64,000 nt of DNA from an uncultured Verrucomicrobiae bacterium (GTDB lineage Bacteria; Verrucomicrobiota; Verrucomicrobiia; Limisphaerales; Palsa-1400). The DNA lies in NCBI GenBank assembly GCA_963764165.1, contig CAVXRD010000004.1, positions 352,001 to 416,000 of the forward strand, read 5' to 3'. The first letter of the stretch is position 1; every line of letters begins with the position of its first letter. Under the pieces are notes generated by a model. The model ran no database searches. It had not been told where the DNA came from and was given only the letters and a program-made list of their open reading frames with translations. This document shows, in pieces, positions 56,159-64,000 of the stretch. The translations under genes and the position numbers were made by a program.

Positions 56159-57637
56159 TTAGTAAATCCGCAAATTGTCGACCATCACGCAACGGCGCGT
56201 GCGGGTGAATGTCCTCGGGTTTGTGATGCCCTCGCCAGTGGGTGTGGCGACGGAGAAACTCAAATAGCCCTCGCCGCCGAGGCCAAGTCCCGCCATGCAC
56301 GGGCCGTTCTTGATGAACAGCGTCGTGTCCATCGCTTGCGCCATTGCCGTCATGTGTTCGACGTCGCGCGAATGGATAATCGCGGTGTGTTTGTAATTGT
56401 GCTCCGCCTTTATCGCGGCCGCGATTCCCTCCTCCACGCTCTTGACGCGCGTAATCGGGATGAACGGCATCATCTGTTCCTCGATAACGAATGGGTGATT
56501 GGCGTCCGTCTCGGCAAACAGCAATTGCGTTTTGGCCGGAAGATTTACCCCGGCTGCCTGCGCGAGAATCGACGGATCCTTGCCGATGAAATCGCGATTC
56601 ACCATCGGCTCAGGGCAACCTGCGCCATGTCCTTCCTTGAAAGTGAACGCTGCCTTGGTCAGGCGCTCCAATTGCGCAGAGTTCAAACGGACGGCGCCGT
56701 TTTGCTCCATCTCAGCCATCAATTTGTCCGCCACGCTGTCAAGAACAAACACTTCCTTCTCGCCGATGCAGAGCAAATTGTTGTCGTAGGCCGCGCCTTG
56801 AATAATCGCGCGAGCCGCGCGTTTCATGCATGCAGTGTCGTCAACCAAGACTGGAGGATTTCCCGGGCCGGCGCACACGGCGCGTTTGCCGGATTGCATT
56901 GCCGCCTTTACCACACCCGGCCCGCCGGTCACACACAGCAAGCGGATAAACTGGTTTGCGCAAAGCGCTTTGAAGGAATCCAGCGTCGGCTGTTCGATGA
57001 TGCAGCAAAGATTCTCAATTCCAATTTCGCGAGCAATCGCCTGATTGTAGGTGCGCACGGCAAGGGCCGCGCATTTCGCCGCCGAAGGATGGGCGTTGAA
57101 TACGACAGCGTTCCCCGCCGCCACCATGTTGACGATGTTGCCGCTCAGCGTCGGGATGGAATGGGTGGAGGGAGTGATGGCCCCGATGACACCGAACGGC
57201 GTGTATTCTTCCAGTGTAACACCGTGATCGCCGCTGCGCGCATCGGGATGAAGCCATTCCACGCCGGGAACCAGTTTGATGATCTGGAGCTTTTCGATTT
57301 TGTGGTCAAGCCGGCCGATTTTTGTTTCCTCCAATTCAATCCGTCCCCATTCCACCGCGTTGGCTGCGGCGAGGGTCTTGACGATATCGACAACTTTTTG
57401 CCGCGCCGCGACTCCAGCCTTTTGCAATTGAATGAAGGATGCCTGCGCCGCCTCGCACGCTTGATTTGCGTCTTGAAACACGCCGAATTTCCCACTGATG
57501 GCCACTGCCTTTCCATGGCAATTGCAATCGGCCTTGGCTGCGGGCGCGGGCGCGGCGCCGTTCTTGACTGCGCCGAGGCGGCCAAGGACTTCCTCCACGA
57601 CATCGCGAATTAATTGTTCGTTCACTGCGGCTGACAT
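56159..57637 (-). CDS. CoA-acylating aldehyde dehydrogenase (EutE/PduP family)
   Basis: PFGVIGAITPSTH, VTGGPGVV, AGPGNPP, DNNLLCIGEKE, EQMMP; N-terminal encapsulation peptide. Confidence 0.93.
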   Translation of the reverse strand: MSAAVNEQLIRDVVEEVLGRLGAVKNGAAPAPAAKADCNCHGKAVAISGKFGVFQDANQACEAAQASFIQLQKAGVAARQKVVDIVKTLAAANAVEWGRIELEETKIGRLDHKIEKLQIIKLVPGVEWLHPDARSGDHGVTLEEYTPFGVIGAITPSTHSIPTLSGNIVNMVAAGNAVVFNAHPSAAKCAALAVRTYNQAIAREIGIENLCCIIEQPTLDSFKALCANQFIRLLCVTGGPGVVKAAMQSGKRAVCAGPGNPPVLVDDTACMKRAARAIIQGAAYDNNLLCIGEKEVFVLDSVADKLMAEMEQNGAVRLNSAQLERLTKAAFTFKEGHGAGCPEPMVNRDFIGKDPSILAQAAGVNLPAKTQLLFAETDANHPFVIEEQMMPFIPITRVKSVEEGIAAAIKAEHNYKHTAIIHSRDVEHMTAMAQAMDTTLFIKNGPCMAGLGLGGEGYLSFSVATPTGEGITNPRTFTRTRRCVMVDNLRIY

Positions 57638-57660
57638 AGGCGGTTAAATCGGTTTGGCGG

Positions 57661-57972
57661 TTACGTTTTGGCGTTGTAAATTTCTTTCCCGAGCACATCC
57701 ACGCTGTCAACAATGCCAATAATGGTCGCGTCGACGGGCGCGTCCTTGAGAAGCGGAGCGAGCTTGGCCGAGCTGCCCTGGGTGAAGATCACCATCTCGC
57801 CCACTCCGGCGCCGACGACATCGACCGCGACAATCGTATTCGTTCCCGGTCGGAACCGCGTCGGATCCTTGTCATCCACCAACTGGGGGCGCAGCAAAAG
57901 CATCTTGCGCCCATTCATGGATGGGTCTTTCTTCGTCGCGACGACGGCTCCTTCAACTCGCGCCAGGAACAT
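57661..57972 (-). CDS. BMC pentamer (EutN/CcmL)
   Basis: MFLARVEGAVVATKK...VAVDVVGAGVGE...QGSSA..PVDATIIGIVD. Confidence 0.92.
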   Translation of the reverse strand: MFLARVEGAVVATKKDPSMNGRKMLLLRPQLVDDKDPTRFRPGTNTIVAVDVVGAGVGEMVIFTQGSSAKLAPLLKDAPVDATIIGIVDSVDVLGKEIYNAKT

Positions 57973-57974
57973 AA

Positions 57975-58268
57975 TTATTTCCCCGTGGATTTGCGGGGGA
58001 GAACGCTCTCGATGTCGGCGTTCGGCCGGGCGATGACGTGCACACTGACCAGCTCGCCTTTGTTGGCTTTGACGGCGGCCGCGCCGGCATCCGTGGCGGC
58101 TTTGACAGCGGCGACGTCGCCCACGACAACGGCGGTGACCAGGGCGTTTCCGACCTGGATCATCGGCCCGGCCAATTCAACATTGGCGGACTTGAGCATG
58201 GCATCGGTGCCTTCGACGAGGGCGATAAGCCCGCGCGTTTCGAGTAATCCTATGGCTTGATGTGGCAT
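57975..58268 (-). CDS. BMC hexamer shell protein
   Basis: [33 protein letters not shown]. Confidence 0.93.
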   Translation of the reverse strand: MPHQAIGLLETRGLIALVEGTDAMLKSANVELAGPMIQVGNALVTAVVVGDVAAVKAATDAGAAAVKANKGELVSVHVIARPNADIESVLPRKSTGK

Positions 58269-58279
58269 AATTTTCTTTC

Positions 58280-59470
58280 TTACGGGTTATGAGCTTGCAA
58301 AAACCGCCGCACCTCGCGGGCGACGACCAATTCTTCATTCGCTGGAATAACAATGATTTTGACAACAGATTCAGGCGCGCTGATGACGGCTTCATGCGCC
58401 TTCGTTTCGGTGTTTAATTTTGGATCGAGCACAATGCCGAGCTGGTCGAGATTGCGGCAGATCGCTTCGCGCATGAAACAGCGGTTTTCGCCAATGCCCG
58501 CCGTGAACACGAGAGCATCCGCGCCATTGAGTTGTAAAAAGTAAGAACCAACCCAGTTGCGGACACTGGTGGAAAAAACGTCCAGCGCCAATTGCGCCTG
58601 AGCGTCGCCGTTGTCCGCTCGCGCTTCGATGTCGCGATAGTCATTATGGCCTCCAGACAGCGCCTTCAGTCCGGATTCCTTGCACATGATGCGTTCCGCT
58701 TCGTCGAGGGAAATTCCGGTGGTGCGCATCAAAAACGGGATAGAGAAAGAATCGATGTCGCCCACGCGGTTGTTCTGCGGGAGGCCTGATTGCGGACTTA
58801 AACCCATGCTCGTGCCAATTGCCACGCCGTCGCGAATTCCGGTAACCGACGAGCTTCCGCCCAAGTGGCATGAAATCACCCGCAGCGACGGCTGGCGCAC
58901 TGGATGCTCACCCCCGTCAACATAAAGATTTCTGGCCCGCTCCGCCACATCCTCGCGGCCCAGCAATTCCGCCGAGCGTTCGGCGATGAATTTGTGGCTC
59001 GCGCCGTGAAATCCCCAGCGGCGCACACCGGCCTGGTTCCACGATTCCGGCACCGCGTAGCGCATGGCCGCTTCCGGCGCCCATTGATAAAACGCCGTTT
59101 CAAATAATCCGACGAGCGGAACTTCCGGCATCCGTTTGGCGAACAGGCGAATGCCTGTGATGTAGGGCGGATTGTGCGCGGGAGCGATGGTGTTGTAATC
59201 CTCCATCGCGCGAACGACCGATTCATCGAGGCGAATGCAGCCGTTGACACCGCGCGCCATGATGGTTTTGAATCCGACCGCCGCCAGTTCGCTTTCGCTG
59301 GCAATCCAGCCGCCCTTGCGCAATTCCTCGAGGCACGATTCAATCGCGGGCGCGTAGTCCGTCACCCGCTCCATCCCGCCGCGAGTCAACATCCGTTCCT
59401 GGCCGTTTGAAAAATCAAACAGCCGGTACTTCAGGGAAGTCGATCCCAGGTTGGCGACGAGAATCTTCAC
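58280..59470 (-). CDS. ackA: Acetate/propionate kinase
   Basis: NLGSTSLKY, APAHN, RRWGFHGASH, CHLGGSSS, FTAGIGEN, ANEE. Confidence 0.9.
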   Translation of the reverse strand: MKILVANLGSTSLKYRLFDFSNGQERMLTRGGMERVTDYAPAIESCLEELRKGGWIASESELAAVGFKTIMARGVNGCIRLDESVVRAMEDYNTIAPAHNPPYITGIRLFAKRMPEVPLVGLFETAFYQWAPEAAMRYAVPESWNQAGVRRWGFHGASHKFIAERSAELLGREDVAERARNLYVDGGEHPVRQPSLRVISCHLGGSSSVTGIRDGVAIGTSMGLSPQSGLPQNNRVGDIDSFSIPFLMRTTGISLDEAERIMCKESGLKALSGGHNDYRDIEARADNGDAQAQLALDVFSTSVRNWVGSYFLQLNGADALVFTAGIGENRCFMREAICRNLDQLGIVLDPKLNTETKAHEAVISAPESVVKIIVIPANEELVVAREVRRFLQAHNP

Positions 59471-59488
59471 TTGCGTCTGTGCGTATAC

Positions 59489-59767
59489 TTATTGCAGCCA
59501 CTTGCCGAGGCCGGAAAGGCCGTCGTGCGGGCGCGGAATCACCTGGACGCTGACAACGCTTCCAACTTGGGCCGCTGCCGCCGCCCCGGCGTCCGTCGCC
59601 GCTTTCACAGCCGCGACATCGCCGCGGAAAAACGCCGTGACGTAGCCGCTGCCGATTTTTTCCCAGCCGACGAATTGGACGTTGGCGGATTTGAGGGCCG
59701 AGTCCGCCGCTTCCATGAGCGCGCAGAGACCCTTTGTTTCGATCATGCCGATTGCTTGTTGAGCCAT
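59489..59767 (-). CDS. BMC hexamer shell protein (PduA/EutM-like)
   Basis: [29 protein letters not shown]. Confidence 0.94.
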   Translation of the reverse strand: MAQQAIGMIETKGLCALMEAADSALKSANVQFVGWEKIGSGYVTAFFRGDVAAVKAATDAGAAAAAQVGSVVSVQVIPRPHDGLSGLGKWLQ

Positions 59768-59790
59768 AAAATTTTGTATTGGTGGTTGGT

Positions 59791-60078
59791 TTACTTTTTC
59801 GGGGCGGGATCAAGGAAGGCTTTCATCAAATCTTCATGGGGGCGCGCGAGAATATGGGAGCTGACAAGCTCGCCAACTTTGCCGGCTGCCTTCGAGCCCG
59901 CGTCGACCGCGGCTTTGACGCTGCCGATGTCGCCCGTGGCGAAAACGGTGATCAAACCGCCGCCAATGGAAATCGTCTTGACGAGGGTGACGTTGGCAGC
60001 CTTGACCATCGCGTCGCTGGCCTCGACGCTGCCGACGTAGCCGCGCGTTTCAATCATTCCTATTGCTTCTTGACTCAT
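59791..60078 (-). CDS. BMC hexamer shell protein
   Basis: [38 protein letters not shown]. Confidence 0.94.
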   Translation of the reverse strand: MSQEAIGMIETRGYVGSVEASDAMVKAANVTLVKTISIGGGLITVFATGDIGSVKAAVDAGSKAAGKVGELVSSHILARPHEDLMKAFLDPAPKK

Positions 60079-60111
60079 GTGTTTTCTCCTATTGTTGTTA
60101 TTGACGTTATA

Positions 60112-60789
60112 TTAAGCGATCAGCTCGCACGGTGTGTCCGGCTGCAAATTGCAGGCGTTTCCCTCGTCGGTGTCGATGTGAACCTCCAGCTTGAAGGACG
60201 GATCGACGCGCACCAGCATCTTGTCGAGGGTCAATCCACAGGGGCCGCCGATTTTCAATTTCATGTGGGCGCCAGCTTTCACTTCGTAAAATTCCGCGTC
60301 CGTCGGATGCATGTGGACGTGGCGCATGGCGCGAATGACGCCCTCCTGCATTTCAAAAAATCCTTCCGGCCCCATCAACATGCCGCCGGTCGTGCCTTTG
60401 ATATCGCCCGAACTGCGCAACGGAATTTCGAAGCCAAGAGCAATGGCATCGGTGTAAGCCAATTCGACTTGGTTCAAATTTCGGCATGGCCCCAAAATAC
60501 GGAGGTTTGAAATGACGCGGCTGCGCGGGCCGATTAAAGTGACGGTCTCCTTTGCCGCATATTGCCCTTCTTGATAAAGCCACTTGTGCGGTGTCAGCGT
60601 ATGACCTTTGCCGAAAAGTGCCTCAACCGCCTGCGGGGTCAAATGACAATGCCGGGCACTGACATTCACCACCAGCGGATTCGGCGCTTGCGCAGTGCGC
60701 GGCAAAGACTTCCCAAGTCGTTGATAAACAACTTGTCGCACGCGGTGTTCGACCACCGCGCGATGCGGACTATTGGCAAGAACGGCCAT
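60112..60789 (-). CDS. pduL: PduL-type phosphotransacylase
   Basis: VSARHCHL, QYAAKE, RILGPCR, RHVHM, LEVHIDTDEGNA; N-terminal helical peptide. Confidence 0.92.
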   Translation of the reverse strand: MAVLANSPHRAVVEHRVRQVVYQRLGKSLPRTAQAPNPLVVNVSARHCHLTPQAVEALFGKGHTLTPHKWLYQEGQYAAKETVTLIGPRSRVISNLRILGPCRNLNQVELAYTDAIALGFEIPLRSSGDIKGTTGGMLMGPEGFFEMQEGVIRAMRHVHMHPTDAEFYEVKAGAHMKLKIGGPCGLTLDKMLVRVDPSFKLEVHIDTDEGNACNLQPDTPCELIA

Positions 60790-60804
60790 GAATTGAGCAT
60801 GAAT

Positions 60805-60876
60805 TTCCCAAAATCGTTCAAAATCGTCAATATATTTCTTGCAAAAGCTGCCAAAATGTTTCAAATACTACCAAAT
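60805..60876. promoter_or_regulatory. Divergent promoter region with 10-bp-phased CAAA repeats (putative DeoR operator)
   Basis: CAAA at 60809, 60819, 60842, 60852, 60862 and 60872. Confidence 0.6.
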
Positions 60877-61645
60877 GCAGCCAGAGGCACGCCAAAAACG
60901 CATTCAAGATCATCTGAATCAGGTGGAATTTGCCTCCCTTGAGGAGTTGGCCAAGGCTGTTGACGCCTCTGTTTCGACGGTTCGCCGGGACATCGCCGCT
61001 TTGGAAGCGCTGGGCGGATTGCGCCGAATGCATGGCGGGGCACGATTGGTCGCCCCACCGTCCGATGAGTTCGCCTTTAGCACTCGCGATACCCACCAAC
61101 TCGCCGAAAAGGAAGCCATGGGCCGCGCTTGCGCCGAATTGATCGGCCCGAATCAAACCGTTATTGTTGACGCTGGGACGACGGCTTATCACGTGGCGAA
61201 GTATCTCGAACCGAAGACGCCACAAATTATCACCAACTCCCTGCCGGTGGCGAACCTATACGCCGCATCGCAGCGCATTGAGCTGATCATTTCCGGCGGC
61301 GTCATTTATCCGCGCCTGGGCGTGCTGGTGGGGCCGCTGGCAGTCGAGGCTTTCTCCAAAATCCACGCCGATGTCGCGATCATGAGCGCGGGAGGAATTA
61401 CACTTGACGGCGTCAGCAATTCGCATGGGCTGCTGATTGAGATTCAAGTGGCGATCATTCGCGCGGCCCAGCGGGTTATTTTTTGTTTTGACAGCACCAA
61501 GATGGGGCGGCGCTCCATTTCACCTTTGTGCGAGCTGGACAAGGTTCACACCATCGTGACCGATGAGGGCGCGCCTGCCGATTTGGTGGATTCCCTGCGG
61601 CAGCGCGGCATTGAGGTTGTCGTTGCGCCGATGGCGGCGAGTTAG
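60875..61645 (+). CDS. DeoR/GlpR-family transcriptional regulator
   Basis: HTH ASVSTVRRDI..L; RMHGGA; DAGTT; ITNSL; DSTK. Confidence 0.93.
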   Translation: MQPEARQKRIQDHLNQVEFASLEELAKAVDASVSTVRRDIAALEALGGLRRMHGGARLVAPPSDEFAFSTRDTHQLAEKEAMGRACAELIGPNQTVIVDAGTTAYHVAKYLEPKTPQIITNSLPVANLYAASQRIELIISGGVIYPRLGVLVGPLAVEAFSKIHADVAIMSAGGITLDGVSNSHGLLIEIQVAIIRAAQRVIFCFDSTKMGRRSISPLCELDKVHTIVTDEGAPADLVDSLRQRGIEVVVAPMAAS

Positions 61646-61671
61646 TTCTCCGAAGACCGTCGCGCGCCTCA

Positions 61672-61734
61672 CATGGGCTAATCGGTCTGATAGAACCAAT
61701 AGGGCGTATAGGACCCATTAGACGAATCAGCGGA
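61672..61734 (+). repeat. Degenerate 9-bp tandem repeat (ATAGGACCN-like, about 6-7 units)
   Basis: ATCGGTCTG ATAGAACCA ATAGGGCGT ATAGGACCC ATTAGACGA ATCAGCGGA from 61681. Confidence 0.55.
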
Positions 61735-61944
61735 AGCCATCGAGCCAAATTTTCTCTTGCGCAGAATTGTCTTCTGGCGCGTTAAGTTTGCGCCGCTTAT
61801 TTCCGATAGGAATGTTGTCTGGCATGGTAACGATAATGAGCAACCACCGGCCTGGCGCGGCGATGTTTGAGCACAAACGCTGCCCGGCTTGCGAACAGAG
61901 ACGAAGGATGGCGCGTAACGCCATTCTTGGTGTCTGCATATTAC

Positions 61945-62799
61945 ATGACTGCATCTGAAATAGTCGAACAGGTGAAAGAACTGCCGCTGGTGCCTGAGAC
62001 CGCGCGCAAACTGGTGGTCCTTCTGAACGACTCGGATTCCCATCGCAGCGATCTCATACAGACGCTCCGATGCGACAACGTGATGACTGCCAAGCTGCTC
62101 CGAGCATGCAATACGGCCAGGATTGGGTTGCGCGAGCCGGTCAGTTCGGTCGACCAGGCGGTTTTGCTCCTGGGAGACAACGCCATTTTTAAAATGGTGT
62201 GCGCCATCGGATTTGGCGACGCGATGGGATTTGCCATGCCCGGCTACGCCATCGAAGCCAATGGCCTCTGGGGCCATTCCCTGAGCACCGGGATGGGAGC
62301 TGAGTATTTGACAGAAATTGAAGGCCTTGGCAATTTCAAGCCATCAATCGCCTTCACCGCCGGTTTGCTGCATGACATCGGCAAATTGATTCTCAGCCAG
62401 ATATTGACCCCGAAAACGCGCGGCGAAATTCGGTCGCTGATTTCACAAGATTCCCTTTCAAGGTTTCAAGCGGAAAAGATCGTGCTCGGCGCGGACCACG
62501 CCGAGGTCGGGGCCTGCCTGCTGGAAAAGTGGCTGCTGCCCAATGTCATTGTGGAAGCGGTGGCGAATCATCATTCACCGATTCTGCGCCCCGCCATCCG
62601 CATGTCCGCCGTGGTTTATCTGGCCAATTACGCCGCTCATTTGGCTGGCCCGTCCGCCGGTTGTCCGGAAGTGTTCGCGCTGCGCCCGGACCAATCCATC
62701 GCCGCCATGTATGGGATGGAGCTTAAAAAGGTGGAGCGCATCGTCACCGGCGCGCACGAAGCCATGCGCGCCGTCAACCAATATCTATCCGTCGCATGA
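61945..62799 (+). CDS. HDOD domain protein
   Basis: LPLVPE, MTAKLLRACN, LWGHS, AGLLHDIGK, HAEVGA..W.LP..VANHH. Confidence 0.9.
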   Translation: MTASEIVEQVKELPLVPETARKLVVLLNDSDSHRSDLIQTLRCDNVMTAKLLRACNTARIGLREPVSSVDQAVLLLGDNAIFKMVCAIGFGDAMGFAMPGYAIEANGLWGHSLSTGMGAEYLTEIEGLGNFKPSIAFTAGLLHDIGKLILSQILTPKTRGEIRSLISQDSLSRFQAEKIVLGADHAEVGACLLEKWLLPNVIVEAVANHHSPILRPAIRMSAVVYLANYAAHLAGPSAGCPEVFALRPDQSIAAMYGMELKKVERIVTGAHEAMRAVNQYLSVA

Positions 62800-62853
62800 G
62801 CGCCTCATCCCAAATTTCGCAACCGAGCGCTGAACCCAACACAACACAAGCCT

Positions 62854-63267
62854 ATGCCAGTTAAAGTTTTATGCGCCGACGACAGCAGGACCATCCGGTT
62901 CGTCATCGCCCGCGCATTGTCGCATTACGAATGCACGGTTCTCGAAGCTTCCAACGGCGAAGAAGGCCTTGCCATTGCCTTGAGCGAGAAGCCGGATATT
63001 GTTCTGATTGACATGTCGATGCCCATCCTCGATGGTGTAGGCATGCTCGCCAAGTTCAAACAGAACGAGAGCTTGAAAAAGACGCCCGTCATCATGATGT
63101 CCGCGGAATCGGCCCGCGAAAAAGTCCTGGCGGTGGCGGGCCTCGGCGTTAACGACTACCTCGTCAAGCCGTTTCGCATGAATCACCTCATCACCAAGAT
63201 TAACCAGCTCGTGCCGCTGACGAAGAAGCCGGCCAGCGCCGACGCCGCGGCCAAATCGTCCTTATGA
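62854..63267 (+). CDS. Single-domain response regulator (CheY-like)
   Basis: ADDS, PDIVLIDMSMPILDG, MMSA, YLVKPF. Confidence 0.92.
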   Translation: MPVKVLCADDSRTIRFVIARALSHYECTVLEASNGEEGLAIALSEKPDIVLIDMSMPILDGVGMLAKFKQNESLKKTPVIMMSAESAREKVLAVAGLGVNDYLVKPFRMNHLITKINQLVPLTKKPASADAAAKSSL

Positions 63268-63992
63268 TCACCGCCGAAACCGAGATCATTGCCAAGCGAT
63301 TCGGCCTGGAGCCGATTCCAAAGAGCGTCCTCCGCCTGACGAGCCTGATCGCCAGCCAGAACGCCGACCTTGATGCCATCGCGGGCGTTATCAAGGAAGA
63401 CCCGGCGCTGACGGAACGGCTGCTGCGGCTCACGCCGCCGCCGCGTGACAAGACCCAGCGGCCCTCCGAAGAGTCCGCGGTGCAGATGGCCTTGATGCGT
63501 TCCGGCTTGAGCCTGATTTTTCTGCTCGCCATGGGAGACTTGCTGGGACGCGCCCTTGTTCACGCATTCGACATCATGTTGAATCTTGATCTTGATCCCG
63601 CCAATCCAAAAGACCTCTCGCCAATTCATGACAAACATCTCATGTGCGAAGTGAATTTTCGCGGGAAAGCGACCGGAAAGATTCAACTTCGCCTGACAGA
63701 AGATTCGGCGCGGCTGCTGGCCTGCCGAATGCTGGGTGTGCCGCCAGATTCTCTTTCGTCCACCGCCGAGAAAGACGACGCCATCCTCGAGTTGACGCAC
63801 ATCGTCACGGGAAATTTTCTATCGAACCTGGCCGACGCGGGGCTTACCTGCCCGGTCACGATTCCGGTTGTTTACCGCTCCTCTGATTTTACCATCCGCT
63901 CCATTCCCGGCGGCGTTTGCGAACGGCTTGCTTTCCGCTGTTCCGAAGCGCGTGTGTATATGGACATCAGCGTCAATCCGTGGAGTGATTAA
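63264..63992 (+). CDS. Truncated HDOD-like N-terminus fused to a CheX-like domain
   Basis: IKEDPALTERLL; F.G..TGKI.L; DAILELTHIVTGNF; TIPVV. Confidence 0.72.
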   Translation: MITAETEIIAKRFGLEPIPKSVLRLTSLIASQNADLDAIAGVIKEDPALTERLLRLTPPPRDKTQRPSEESAVQMALMRSGLSLIFLLAMGDLLGRALVHAFDIMLNLDLDPANPKDLSPIHDKHLMCEVNFRGKATGKIQLRLTEDSARLLACRMLGVPPDSLSSTAEKDDAILELTHIVTGNFLSNLADAGLTCPVTIPVVYRSSDFTIRSIPGGVCERLAFRCSEARVYMDISVNPWSD

Positions 63993-64000
63993 TTCGGCGC

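Noticed and set aside
55775..57613. 612-aa plus-strand ORF
   Set aside because: Antisense shadow of the aldehyde dehydrogenase and pentamer genes; no motifs.

Overview
GC-rich bacterial chromosomal segment, most likely Verrucomicrobiota (Pedosphaerales/Limisphaerales-like). This assignment is inferred from a PV-type microcompartment locus, a GloVer-like repeat protein, shared C-terminal 'S.N/DL..W/F...RFY' tails and the intergenic palindrome families. About 55 CDS were called; no rRNA, tRNA, CRISPR array or transposase was recognised. Main blocks: (1) 1-13.1 kb, carbohydrate and secreted enzymes (GH13, SSS symporter, PfkB kinase, metallophosphoesterase, tandem DUF1080, S53 protease). (2) 13.9-20 kb, ribosome/transcription cluster (engB, rsgA, rapA, and infC coupled to an RRM protein). 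(3) 21.65-22.4 kb, a non-coding tract with helically phased repeats. (4) 32.07-44.08 kb, a tightly coupled 9-gene minus-strand operon: FHA/GYF/Zn-ribbon TRAFAC GTPase, GAP1-N2-like membrane protein, large bitopic protein, GYF-TM2, MotA/TolQ/ExbB channel, two Asp-bearing ExbD-like partners, degenerate VWA and YfaP-like protein. This operon is the best candidate for an undescribed system, a GTPase-switched, ion-motor-coupled envelope machine. (5) 53.1-61.6 kb, a PV-type bacterial microcompartment with no lactate dehydrogenase but an extra TIM-barrel aldolase-like gene, and a divergent DeoR with 10-bp-phased operator-like repeats. (6) 61.9-64 kb, an HDOD/receiver/CheX signalling trio. All family assignments come from motifs recognised by eye; no searches were run.
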